A DNA stretch of 64,000 nt from NCBI GenBank assembly GCA_963708185.1, contig OY970195.1:1056001-1120000 (forward strand), in the 5' to 3' direction. This DNA is from Candidatus Peregrinibacteria bacterium. GTDB taxonomy: Bacteria; Patescibacteriota; Gracilibacteria; UBA1369. This document shows, piece after piece, positions 7,803 to 17,296 of this stretch. How positions within the stretch are numbered: position 1 is the stretch's first letter; each line of letters starts with the position of its first letter. A program made the translations under genes and the position numbers. The notes below the pieces were generated by a model, which saw only the letters and a program-made list of their open reading frames with translations, ran no database searches and was not told the origin of the DNA.

Positions 7803-10454
7803 TTACATCTTCTCGAACGCCGTGATGCCCAAAAGGTGCAGGCCGTTTTTGAGGACCTGGCTGAAAGCAGCCACAAGGTTGAGGCGGCTCTGTTTAAGCT
7901 GGACTTCGGCCGTGGAAAGCACCTGGACGTCCTGGTAAAAACTGTTAAAAGCCTGGGAAAGCTCAAACAGATAGTTGGAGACGAGGTTGGGCTTGTAGGT
8001 CTCGGCTGCGGCCTCCACGACTTCAGGAAAACGCACAAGCATGCGGGCGAGCTCTTTTTCGGAGTTGTGACTTAACGGTTCGGCGGTACCACCGGAACTT
8101 TCGGGCCCGCCTGTCTCTGTGGTATTGGCTTCAAGGTGCTCAACCTTTTCCTCAACAAGTGTGAAGAGGTCCGTCTGGGATTCGTGTACGCCTTCCGGAA
8201 GAGGATCCTTGACGTGCGTCTTCACTTCACCGGTTCCCGGATTTTCTTCACCGGCTTTGCGCAGGATGCTTTCGGCTCGGGCGTGACTATACTGTAAATA
8301 GGGCCCCGTATTGCCCTCCAGCGAGAGCATCCTGTCCCAATCAAAGGTCAGGTTGGTTTCGCGGTTCTGTGAGAGCACCTGGTATTTGATGGCCCCGATG
8401 GCAACGCCTTCGGTAATGAACTCTTTTTCCGCGTCGGTGAGGGCCAGGCTTTTTTCCTGGACAACTTTTTCGGCGCGCTCAACGGCTTCGTTGATGAGTT
8501 CGTCCAGGAGAATGACCGTGCCTTTTCTGGTACTCATGCGCCCTTCCGGCATGCTCATGCGGCCAAAGACCACGTGGACGAGTTCGGCCTCGGTGAGGCC
8601 GAGTTGTTGCGCAGTAGCAAAAAGCTGCTGGAAGTGCAGTGACTGGGCGACATCGACGACGTAGATGATTTTTACAGGATGGAAACGCTTGATGCGGTCT
8701 TTGATCGAGGCGATGTCACGGGTGGCGTAGAGGGTGGTGCCGTCGGCTTTCTGGATGAGATACGGAGGATACTGGTCGTTTTCAAACTTCACCACGAGAG
8801 CTCCCTTTTCACCTTCCACGAACACTCCCTTGTTTTTTCCTTCTTCAATGATTTCTTTGGTGTCGCCTTCGTAAAAACTTTCCGGTAGATATTCCTGGAA
8901 ATGCACTCCAAGCCTGGAATAAAGCCTTTCGAGGTCTTTGATGCTCTCATCGCGGATCCACATCCATAAATGGCGGTTTTGCTCGTCGCCTTCTTCAAGT
9001 TTTTTGAACTCTTCACGGCCTTTGTCTTCAAGGGTCGGGTCTTTTTCCGCTTCATCGTGGAACTTCACGTAGAGTTTGAGCAGTTCGTTGAGAGGGTCTT
9101 TTTCCACTGTCTCGCGGTCCCCCCAGTTTTTGAAGGCGTAGATGAGTTTCCCGAACTGTGTCCCCCAATCTCCGAGGAAGTTTGCCGTAATAACGGAGTA
9201 ATTACAGAATGTCAGGATATTGGCGATGGACTGGCCGATAAGCGTTGAGAGCAGGTGATGGACGCCGAGCGGTTTGGCGATATTCGGTGAAGAGAATTCG
9301 ACCATGGCTTTCTTTCCCTGGCCGAGATCGTTTGAACCATAGTGCTCCTTGAGTCCGAGGATCTGCATGATTTCACCTTCGAGGTATTTGTTGTTGAGCG
9401 TGAAGTTCATGAAGCCCGGTTCGGCAAATTCGATCTTCTCTATATAAGGTAATGAGGGCAGGTTTTTCCGGATCATGTCCGACATCTCTCTCGGGGTCTT
9501 GTTGATGGACTTTCCCAGCTTGAGAGCGACGCTTGTTGCATAATCGCCGTGATCTTTGTCCTTGGGAGTTTCTACCTTCACCGGTTCGTAGAAAAGTTTG
9601 CTGCAGAATCCAAGGTTTTCACAGAGCCCCTGAACGGCTTTAGAAAGCTCCGCTTCAAGCTGCTGTTTGAGCGTCGGCTGGATTTTTTCCGGCCGCGGGG
9701 TTGATGGCGTCTGCTGTGTGGCTGGCGGTTTTGCTTGAGCTTCTTCGCGTTCCTCGGCGGCTTTTTTTTCGGCTTCCGCGGCCGCCTTTTGGGCTTCCTC
9801 CTCGGCTTTTTGGGCCATCTCTATCCGGTATTGCGTCTCTTTTTCAGAAATATAGTTCAAATCCACTTCCGGGTTATCCACCGAAAGCATGAACATCTCT
9901 TCGGGCGTTCCGCCACAATATTTTGTTATGGTTTTCGCGAACTCCTCAGGAAGTCTGTCGAACATTTCTTTGTCCATCGTTCCAATATCCACGAACCACA
10001 TCACCATATGCAGCGTTTCAGGCGTGTAGTCAAAATCGCGGGCCTTTTTCCCTTTCTTTGGAACGATGAAACCTATTTCAATATCTTTTTCGGTCTGATC
10101 CAGATCCTGTCCCAACGCCGGCGTTATGTATTTCAGGCTTAAATAGTGAACAATGTCCAGCGCGTTGTTTTCACTCTTCACCTCTTTCCCCTGCTGGATT
10201 TTGCGAAGAAGACTGTCCAGAAGCTGGGTTTCGGCAAGAACCTCACCCTCAATCATGGTCTTTTTGAGATGCGAGGTGATTTTTTCTTTACGGTCTTCCT
10301 TGTCGAGTTCTCTCTTTTTCTCAGCGCATACGCCGCGGAGCAGGCTGGAAACAATCGACGCTTTTCTGACGTTCTTGATATTTTTTACGACGAGGACGCC
10401 CACGCGGATGCCCGGGATTTTTTGAAGAAGATCAGGAGATAAGCGAATTTTCAT
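7803..10454 (-). CDS. argS: Arginine-tRNA ligase with an N-terminal B3/4-like domain and charged linker
   Basis: HGDYAT, EFSSPNIAKP, GDWGTQFGKL, KADGTTLYATRD, MSTRKG and GNTGPYLQYSHAR motifs. About 260 extra N-terminal residues. Confidence 0.95.
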   Translation of the reverse strand: MKIRLSPDLLQKIPGIRVGVLVVKNIKNVRKASIVSSLLRGVCAEKKRELDKEDRKEKITSHLKKTMIEGEVLAETQLLDSLLRKIQQGKEVKSENNALDIVHYLSLKYITPALGQDLDQTEKDIEIGFIVPKKGKKARDFDYTPETLHMVMWFVDIGTMDKEMFDRLPEEFAKTITKYCGGTPEEMFMLSVDNPEVDLNYISEKETQYRIEMAQKAEEEAQKAAAEAEKKAAEEREEAQAKPPATQQTPSTPRPEKIQPTLKQQLEAELSKAVQGLCENLGFCSKLFYEPVKVETPKDKDHGDYATSVALKLGKSINKTPREMSDMIRKNLPSLPYIEKIEFAEPGFMNFTLNNKYLEGEIMQILGLKEHYGSNDLGQGKKAMVEFSSPNIAKPLGVHHLLSTLIGQSIANILTFCNYSVITANFLGDWGTQFGKLIYAFKNWGDRETVEKDPLNELLKLYVKFHDEAEKDPTLEDKGREEFKKLEEGDEQNRHLWMWIRDESIKDLERLYSRLGVHFQEYLPESFYEGDTKEIIEEGKNKGVFVEGEKGALVVKFENDQYPPYLIQKADGTTLYATRDIASIKDRIKRFHPVKIIYVVDVAQSLHFQQLFATAQQLGLTEAELVHVVFGRMSMPEGRMSTRKGTVILLDELINEAVERAEKVVQEKSLALTDAEKEFITEGVAIGAIKYQVLSQNRETNLTFDWDRMLSLEGNTGPYLQYSHARAESILRKAGEENPGTGEVKTHVKDPLPEGVHESQTDLFTLVEEKVEHLEANTTETGGPESSGGTAEPLSHNSEKELARMLVRFPEVVEAAAETYKPNLVSNYLFELSQAFNSFYQDVQVLSTAEVQLKQSRLNLVAAFSQVLKNGLHLLGITAFEKM

Positions 10455-10680
10455 AACACATCACAACAAGCGATAACCGGGTGACAGTATACGAAATTCT
10501 TCTGTCAGGGACAATTCGAATCTTTATATTTGCGTTGACGTTTAAAAATTTATAACGATTCAAATGCTTTATTTGTCAATATAAACTTCTTGGTGAATGA
10601 GCTTACGGACTTCAAAAAAGACCCATTTTCTGATATAATTTTATGATTTAAACAAAAATAAAACTTAAACCAAAACAAAC

Positions 10681-12261
10681 ATGAACACTATGTCCATTCG
10701 TAAGCGCATTGCTTACGCTCTCGCTCCACTCGCAGTTTTGCTGCTCATCGACATGGTTCCCGTGAGTCATGCGCAGAGCATCATTCCGGAATCATCTTCC
10801 ACCGTCGCGGCTGCGGATACCACTCCTCCGAGCGACGTTGAAAACCTCAAGGCTACCCCCGCCGACGGCGCGGCCACCCTTACCTGGAACGTTGCCACCG
10901 ATAACGTGGGGGTCAAAGGTTACAGACTCTACTATGGATCAAAATCCGTCACCACGGACGGCGGCAGTTATGAAACAGGTCCGGTAGATGTCGGAAACAA
11001 GATCAGCTACGTCGTGAACAATCTTACCAACGGAACCAAATACTATTTTGCCCTGACCGCCTACGATGCGGCCGGCAATGAAAGCGTCAACTACAGTGTT
11101 GAAGCCAGCGCTACTCCCCTTCACGGGTCAGCCGACAAACAGGCTCCGCAAGTTACCAAGGCGACGGCTGTCGATAAAAGCCATGTCCGCGTCACTTTCA
11201 GTGAAGCCGTCCAGCTCCCGACAACTCATCCAGAAAACGCTTTCAGCATCAAAAATGATACGACAAGCGTTCAGCTTCAGGTTATGAATGCCACCATGGA
11301 CGCTTCCGACGCTTCCAATAAATCGGTGCTCCTGGAAACGGCCAACCAGCAGGCGGGCGCTTCCTACATTCTTACCGCAGGCATCGACATCAAGGACCTT
11401 GCCGGTAACCCGATTGTGAGCGGAACATCCGATACCGCCGCTTTCACCGGAACCGACCTCGTTGCTTCCACACAGCAGCCGGCCCTGTTCCAACAGACCC
11501 AGGCCCAGAGCCAGCAGGTCGAAGGCCCTCAACTCGTTGGAGTCCAGGCCGTTGACGGAACACACCTTCAGGTAACGTTCGATAAACCGGTCGTTTTGAA
11601 CAGCAACCCTGCTGAAAACTTCATTATTACCGAACAGGAAACCATTGAAAATACCCTCGATATTCTTAACGTCAGCCTTAACGCTTCCGGTAATCAGGCC
11701 GTTTTGACCACTGCTCCGATGAAACCTATCGGCTACAACCTCATTGCCGTTGATATTACCGACAAACAGGGCAACGCCATGAGCGTTGAGAACAACGCCA
11801 CCGTGTTTACCGGGGTTGCCGCCATGGTTGAAACCCAGATGGCTACCCAGCAGGCTTCCAGCCAACAGGTCGCGGACACCACTCCTCCCGAAGACGCCAC
11901 TAATTTTACCGCTGCGATGATCAAACAGCTCATCGTTACCCTGAACTGGACCCGCAGCCTGAACAGCGCCGGCGATCTCGTGAAGTACGTTCTCTATATG
12001 AGCACCGACGGCAAGACCTTTGGTGCCGGAATCGACGTTGATCCTACCTCAAGCACTTTTGACGTCACCAACATCATGCCGGGCGTGAAATATTTCTTCA
12101 AACTCGTCGCTCTCGATAATTCCGGCAACGCAAGTCCGGGCGTGATGACCACTTTCACCCTGCCAAAGACAGGTCCTGAACTTGGGCTTTTGCTTCTCGG
12201 TTCACTGGGTGCCGGCAAAGTGTTCGGACGCAAAAAGAAGAAAAAAAACGTCCGCAAATAA
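10681..12261 (+). CDS. Secreted fibronectin type III/Ig-like surface protein with LPXTG-like anchor
   Basis: Signal peptide, DTTPP...ATDNVGVKGY...YYFALTAYDAAGNES FN3 repeats, and a C-terminal LPKTG followed by a hydrophobic stretch and RKKKKK. Confidence 0.85.
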   Translation: MNTMSIRKRIAYALAPLAVLLLIDMVPVSHAQSIIPESSSTVAAADTTPPSDVENLKATPADGAATLTWNVATDNVGVKGYRLYYGSKSVTTDGGSYETGPVDVGNKISYVVNNLTNGTKYYFALTAYDAAGNESVNYSVEASATPLHGSADKQAPQVTKATAVDKSHVRVTFSEAVQLPTTHPENAFSIKNDTTSVQLQVMNATMDASDASNKSVLLETANQQAGASYILTAGIDIKDLAGNPIVSGTSDTAAFTGTDLVASTQQPALFQQTQAQSQQVEGPQLVGVQAVDGTHLQVTFDKPVVLNSNPAENFIITEQETIENTLDILNVSLNASGNQAVLTTAPMKPIGYNLIAVDITDKQGNAMSVENNATVFTGVAAMVETQMATQQASSQQVADTTPPEDATNFTAAMIKQLIVTLNWTRSLNSAGDLVKYVLYMSTDGKTFGAGIDVDPTSSTFDVTNIMPGVKYFFKLVALDNSGNASPGVMTTFTLPKTGPELGLLLLGSLGAGKVFGRKKKKKNVRK

Positions 12262-12361
12262 ATATGCTGCACGCGCGGCGCCCTCACGGGAGCCGTAAGG
12301 CGTTCACAGGAACGCCGGCGTGGCTCACACACGTATCTCCTTAGAGAGATAGAGATAGATA

Positions 12362-12398
12362 GCCAAGAAGGCTCCGTCGCAAGACGGGGCTTTTTTGG
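12362..12398 (+). terminator. Rho-independent terminator
   Basis: GGCTCCGTC-GCAA-GACGGGGC stem-loop followed by a T-tract. Confidence 0.8.
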
Positions 12399-12491
12399 TG
12401 AGGAATGGTGCCGGGCGTTCGAGGCTTTGTGCGGTCAATAACATTAGATTTCTTTCACAAAAATTTCATGGGCGCCGCGTAGTGTAGTGCC

Positions 12492-13391
12492 ATGAATCAT
12501 CTCAAAAAATTTCTGCTGATCGGGCTGGCATGTCTTGCCGGGGTCGTCATGGTGCTGTTTTTTTGTCTCCTGTCCTTGCCCGACGGACGGCTGCACGTTT
12601 TTGTCCTGGACATCGGGCAGGGAGATTCCATTCTCATCCAGACGCCGAGCGATGAAAGGATCCTCATTGACGGCGGCCCCGATGACGCCGTCCTCCAGCA
12701 GCTCGGCAAGGTGATGCCTTTTTACGAAAAAGATATCGATGTGGTTGTTTTGAGCCATCCGCATCTGGATCATGTGAACGGACTGGTGGAGGTCCTCAAA
12801 CGTTATCACGTGGGGTGCGTCATGATGACCGGCGTGAGCTACAATTTTTCCGGGTATACCGCTTTTCTGGAACAGGTGAGTGAACACCACATTCCCGTGG
12901 TCTACGCCGGGGCGCATATTGCAACGGCCAACGGAGAAGTCCCCGCGGATTATGTTTTGGGAAGCGTCACGCTGGATATGCTTTTTCCCTTTGAGTCAGA
13001 ACAGGGCAGGACATTCGAAAATCAAAACAACGGATCGATCGTGTTCCGGCTTTTGTACGGTAAACGCAGTTTTTATTTTCCCGGAGACCTGGAGATGGAG
13101 GGAGAGGAAAAGCTTGTCGAGACCACGCTCGACCTGCACGCGGATTTTTTAAAGGCTCCGCACCATGGCAGCAGGACGAGCGATACGATTCCTTTACTGG
13201 AACGAATCCAGCCCGATTACGCGGCGATTTCCTGCGGCGTTGGCAACAAGTTCGGTCATCCCCACCCGATCACGATCCAGCATTTTCAGGAACTTCACAT
13301 TGCGACGTATCGAACAGACCTCGACGGAATTATCGAAGCAGTGAGCGACGGTGACGCCCTGTGGGTCAAGGCATGGGGAAAAGGCGTGTAA
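12492..13391 (+). CDS. ComEC/Rec2-type metallo-beta-lactamase-fold nuclease domain protein
   Basis: LDIGQGDSILI, LIDGGP, SHPHLDHVNG, PHHGS and GHPHP motifs; N-terminal TM segment. Confidence 0.9.
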   Translation: MNHLKKFLLIGLACLAGVVMVLFFCLLSLPDGRLHVFVLDIGQGDSILIQTPSDERILIDGGPDDAVLQQLGKVMPFYEKDIDVVVLSHPHLDHVNGLVEVLKRYHVGCVMMTGVSYNFSGYTAFLEQVSEHHIPVVYAGAHIATANGEVPADYVLGSVTLDMLFPFESEQGRTFENQNNGSIVFRLLYGKRSFYFPGDLEMEGEEKLVETTLDLHADFLKAPHHGSRTSDTIPLLERIQPDYAAISCGVGNKFGHPHPITIQHFQELHIATYRTDLDGIIEAVSDGDALWVKAWGKGV

Positions 13392-13464
13392 TTTTCTTGT
13401 AATACTTTTTTTGCTATAGTGTTTCTAATTACCTTTCTTCATTACTCCTTAAAACAACTATCCT

Positions 13465-14979
13465 ATGAAAATGAAAAGGAACTCCCTCATCGCAGGGATC
13501 ATAACGGTATTGCTTGCTACGGCGGTCGCACCAGCGTTAGCAAGTATGACTCCAGTTGATCTTTCAGCTGAATCTTCATTTACCGATGTCGTGGCATCGA
13601 ATCCTCACTATGCCGCTATTTCTTATCTTCAGGGCATTGGCGTCATCCAAGGCTACCCTGACGGAACCTTCAAGCCCGACCAGGATATTCCCAGGGTTGA
13701 AGCGTTGAAATTGATTCTGGTTCCCCAGTTTAAACATTGGAATAATGCTCAGGATGCTTTCCAGGCGGGAGCTTCCACGCCGGTTTCTTTTTCCGATACC
13801 GACACGAGTCAGTGGTACTGGCAGTATATCCAGGAAGGTTATGATAACGGGCTGGTTCAGGGCTATCCCGATGGAACGTTCAAGCCAGCTTCTCCGGTAA
13901 ATAAAGCTGAAAACCTGAAGATGCTTTTGAACCGCTACTTCCAGGATGATGCTTCGAAACTGGATGCTTATCAAAGCGGAACAAAGTTCGGCGACGAAGA
14001 AGCAAATACCTGGTATACAAAGTACGTTAATGCTGCGGCAACAATGAATGTCGTCGTTGCCGACAGTTCCGGGAACATCAATCCGGCGGCAAACGTCACC
14101 CGCGGAGAGTTTGCCGAAATGGTCTATCGTTTGATGAAAATCGATGACGACGGAGTCACAACTTTTGATGCCTCAATTCCGGACCTTACCATTTATACTA
14201 ATCATCAATATGGGTTTTCCTTGACCACTGCCCCGGTTTGTGACGGACAGTTTTCGATTCAAGATGTGACCCCCGTTTCCTCAACTCAAGCCAGCAGTGA
14301 AACTCTGGATTTGGGTGTCTATGTGCCTCTTTCCAAGCAGTGGACGGCACAATCGGCATGGTACAATCTTAACGTGATGTCTCAAGCAAATTATGACAAA
14401 ATTCCAGCGACTGAATTCCCGGGACAACCTCCAATCCTTTTGAAACTTGATAACGGCATGCTTTTGACGGTATTGACTCCGCAGGATGCTCCGACAGATA
14501 TCAATGACTGTACGATTTCGGCGGTTAAATCGGTGGCTGCAACTTCCTCAACTCAGGAGGTTTCCTCGACCCAGGCTTCCGTTTCCACGATGCAGATAGA
14601 AGGTTTGACCTTTACTCTTCCAAATGGATGGAGTGTTGCCAGCAACGCGAATGGCCAAGCGGATTTGAATGTTCCCGACCCGCAATATCATGTAACGATC
14701 CCCATGGAGGTCATATTAAATCCAGGTTACGCAACATTGAGCGATGCACAGCAGGAGGCTTTACTGAAGACCACTGCTTCAGGCGCTAAAATTTATGAGA
14801 ACACCTGCGCGCCTTCAATTGCATGTTATTTTTTGGAATATAACGGCAATCTTTATGATGTTGCATTTGGAGAACCGAATAGCAATGAACCCGTACCGGC
14901 AAATCTTGAAGGAGCTTGGTATCCTTCAACAACCGTTACTGCTGACGATACGCTGAATTTTACCGCAACTGTACAATAA
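13465..14979 (+). CDS. S-layer homology (SLH) domain surface protein
   Basis: Signal peptide; two GYPDGTFKP SLH repeats plus a third ending VTRGEFAEMVYR. Confidence 0.85.
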   Translation: MKMKRNSLIAGIITVLLATAVAPALASMTPVDLSAESSFTDVVASNPHYAAISYLQGIGVIQGYPDGTFKPDQDIPRVEALKLILVPQFKHWNNAQDAFQAGASTPVSFSDTDTSQWYWQYIQEGYDNGLVQGYPDGTFKPASPVNKAENLKMLLNRYFQDDASKLDAYQSGTKFGDEEANTWYTKYVNAAATMNVVVADSSGNINPAANVTRGEFAEMVYRLMKIDDDGVTTFDASIPDLTIYTNHQYGFSLTTAPVCDGQFSIQDVTPVSSTQASSETLDLGVYVPLSKQWTAQSAWYNLNVMSQANYDKIPATEFPGQPPILLKLDNGMLLTVLTPQDAPTDINDCTISAVKSVAATSSTQEVSSTQASVSTMQIEGLTFTLPNGWSVASNANGQADLNVPDPQYHVTIPMEVILNPGYATLSDAQQEALLKTTASGAKIYENTCAPSIACYFLEYNGNLYDVAFGEPNSNEPVPANLEGAWYPSTTVTADDTLNFTATVQ

Positions 14980-15022
14980 TTCTCGCGTGGATTTATAAAT
15001 GCGTATCAATGCAGTGAAATGT

Positions 15023-15059
15023 AAAAAGAGCCTTGCGAACGCAGGGCTCTTTGGGTTTT
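15023..15059 (+). terminator. Probable bidirectional terminator between convergent genes
   Basis: AAAAAGAGCCTTGCG-AA-CGCAGGGCTCTTT hairpin. Confidence 0.7.
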
Positions 15060-15093
15060 GGTGAAGGCATTCCTGAAGCTTTCTGAATCAGAG

Positions 15094-15327
15094 TTACTCC
15101 TTTTCGCGCTGGATTTTCGCGCCGAGGCTTCGCAGCTTCTCATCCAGGTTTTCGTCGCCGCGGGATTCGTTTTATACGCTCACTTCGCGGGACCCGCGAG
15201 ACCCGCGCTCGTTCGCCCTCGCGCCGTGCGCTTGGTATCGACCGCGGCACAGTGCATTTATTCCTCCACGCGGTCTATCTTCGCGCCGAGGCTTCGCAGC
15301 TTCTCATCCAGGTTTTCGTAGCCGCGG
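15094..15327 (-). repeat. Direct repeat of the murA 3' end (15094-15163 vs 15258-15327)
   Basis: 47 of 48 nt are identical (15116-15163 vs 15280-15327). The copy reads RGDENLDEKLRSLGAKIQREKE*. Confidence 0.9.
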
Positions 15328-16529
15328 TCGATGTATTTGATGTTGGAAATTTCCGTGGTGCCGCGGGCGCACAATGCGGCGAGGACCATGGCGGCGCCGG
15401 CGCGGATGTCGATGCTGGCAATGGGTACGCCTTTGAGCTGGGTCGGCCCCGTGATAATGGCCTGGTGCGGATTGAGTATCTGCACATCCGCACCCATCTT
15501 TTCAAGCTCAAAAAGATAGTTAAGGCGTCCGTCAAAAAGTGTTTCAAAAATTTTGCTATCACCGTGGGCCTGGGTCAGCAAAATGGCAAAAGGTGCCTGA
15601 AGGTCGGTTGGAAAACTCGGGTAGACAGCGGTGCGCAACATTTCCAGGGCCTGGAGTTTTTCGGTTGGCAAAAGTCTGACTTCATTTGCGGAAAGTTCAA
15701 ACTTCGCTCCGGTTTCGTGAAGCTTCTGCCAGAAACTGTCGAGCTGTTCGGTTTCGATGCCCTTCACGGTAACTTCCCCTTTGGTCACGAGCGATGCGAT
15801 GGCAAACGTGCCGGCTTCAAGGTAATCGCCGGTAATGCTGTGTTTTGATCCTTTGAGTTCCTTGACTCCTTCGATCGTCAAATGATGCGTTCCGATGCCG
15901 GTAATGTTCGCTCCCATCGTGTTGAGGAAACGGCACAGGTCCTGAACGTGCGGTTCCATGGCTGCGAGGCGGACGACGGTTTTTCCCGGCGTCATTGCAG
16001 CGAGCATAATAAGATTCTCCGTGGCCGTCACGCTCATTTCTGGCATGCTGATGCTTGCGGGCTTCAGAACGGTGCGTTTGATATGCAGCGACTGCGTTTC
16101 ATCGAGCACCTCCGCTCCCATGGCGCGGAAAGCATAGGTGTGGGCGGACGCGGAACGTTTTCCAAGGACGCATCCTCCGGGGAAAGGGATATGAACTTCC
16201 TTAAATCTTTGCAGGAGCGGCCCGATGAGCAGAATTGAAGCGCGCATGCTGTTGATGTACTTGTCGGTAATTTTGGACAGATTCAGTCCTGATGGATCGA
16301 TTTTTGCCTTGTGGTCTGAAAATTCAATCTTCACGTTGAGTTCCTCAAAAATCTTGAAAAGAGTATGGATATCCGCAATGTCGGGGATGTTGTCGATTTC
16401 GCTGATGTCGTTCGTAAGGAGCGCGGCACATAAAATGGGGAGGGCGGCGTTTTTTGATCCGCTCACGGTTACGGACCCTTGAAGCTTGTGCTGTCCCTCG
16501 ACGATAAATTTCTGGAGCTGGTTGTTCAT
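15258..16529 (-). CDS. murA: UDP-N-acetylglucosamine 1-carboxyvinyltransferase
   Basis: SGSKNAALPI, MRASIL, PGGCVLG, FPTDLQAP, DIRAGAA and IDRGYE motifs. Confidence 0.96.
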   Translation of the reverse strand: MNNQLQKFIVEGQHKLQGSVTVSGSKNAALPILCAALLTNDISEIDNIPDIADIHTLFKIFEELNVKIEFSDHKAKIDPSGLNLSKITDKYINSMRASILLIGPLLQRFKEVHIPFPGGCVLGKRSASAHTYAFRAMGAEVLDETQSLHIKRTVLKPASISMPEMSVTATENLIMLAAMTPGKTVVRLAAMEPHVQDLCRFLNTMGANITGIGTHHLTIEGVKELKGSKHSITGDYLEAGTFAIASLVTKGEVTVKGIETEQLDSFWQKLHETGAKFELSANEVRLLPTEKLQALEMLRTAVYPSFPTDLQAPFAILLTQAHGDSKIFETLFDGRLNYLFELEKMGADVQILNPHQAIITGPTQLKGVPIASIDIRAGAAMVLAALCARGTTEISNIKYIDRGYENLDEKLRSLGAKIDRVEE

Positions 16530-16615
16530 TGCGAAAATGGGTTGTGGTTGAGATTATAGCCTTTTTAAAAGCCCAAGAAAAGTGGTATAATAAGAAGATA
16601 CCTGTCTTGAGATAT

Positions 16616-17296
16616 ATGGCTAAGCGACGCGCCAAGCGAACAATCGGACCCAGTCATTTCCACCATGATCTTGTGATGATGGCCACGGGTTTTGTGTTCG
16701 CTTTTTTCTTTTCCGTGGTCGTTTTTGAGATCTTCAATGCGCATTTCCACTGGATCGGCGAAGGTTCCGTGAGCTCCGGCGGCGCACAGCAGGTCTCGGG
16801 AATCAACGAAACGGTCCATGGCGCCGCCTCCCAAAGCATGCAGCAGACGGCCTCGGAACTTCTCGTCAGCGCCGAAAAAAGCGGCCCGGCTTACGCCGTC
16901 CCGGGACAGAAACACGTCACCTTGATGAAGTTTTCACTCAGTCCGTCCAACACCGGCTTCGTGACTTCGATGAGTTTTGACCTCGATAAACTCGCGCATC
17001 CATACGACCTGCAGAGCCTCCAGCTTTTTTACGGGGATGAGCAGCTCGGGGATGTCTCATTTTTTGAAGGCAAAGGTTCTTTTAAAAATCTGATGATCAA
17101 AGTCGAGGCGAACCGCCTGATGGAGTTCACACTCACGGGAACGGTCAGCGGCCAGGCACAAATCGGTGACCGGCTTATCACGAAATTCGCATCTGATCTG
17201 GGCATCGTCGCGAATGACAATAACGGTTTCGACTTTTCGGTCCTGGGAACGGATACGGCTTCAGGGCCTGCCACCAGCATCGTTCACGGACCCTGA
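16616..17296 (+). CDS. Hypothetical membrane-anchored protein with a beta-rich extracellular domain
   Basis: One TM helix near the N-terminus. Start placed at MAKRRAK, downstream of a TATAAT box. Confidence 0.65.
   Translation: MAKRRAKRTIGPSHFHHDLVMMATGFVFAFFFSVVVFEIFNAHFHWIGEGSVSSGGAQQVSGINETVHGAASQSMQQTASELLVSAEKSGPAYAVPGQKHVTLMKFSLSPSNTGFVTSMSFDLDKLAHPYDLQSLQLFYGDEQLGDVSFFEGKGSFKNLMIKVEANRLMEFTLTGTVSGQAQIGDRLITKFASDLGIVANDNNGFDFSVLGTDTASGPATSIVHGP

Noticed and set aside
7701-8075. ORFs overlapping tRNA genes (also 39499-39624 and 61831-62215)
   Set aside because: They translate through tRNA sequence or antisense to argS and are not credible coding regions.
15094-15327. DGR template/variable repeat pair
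   Set aside because: The differences are not adenine-specific and no reverse transcriptase gene is in the window.
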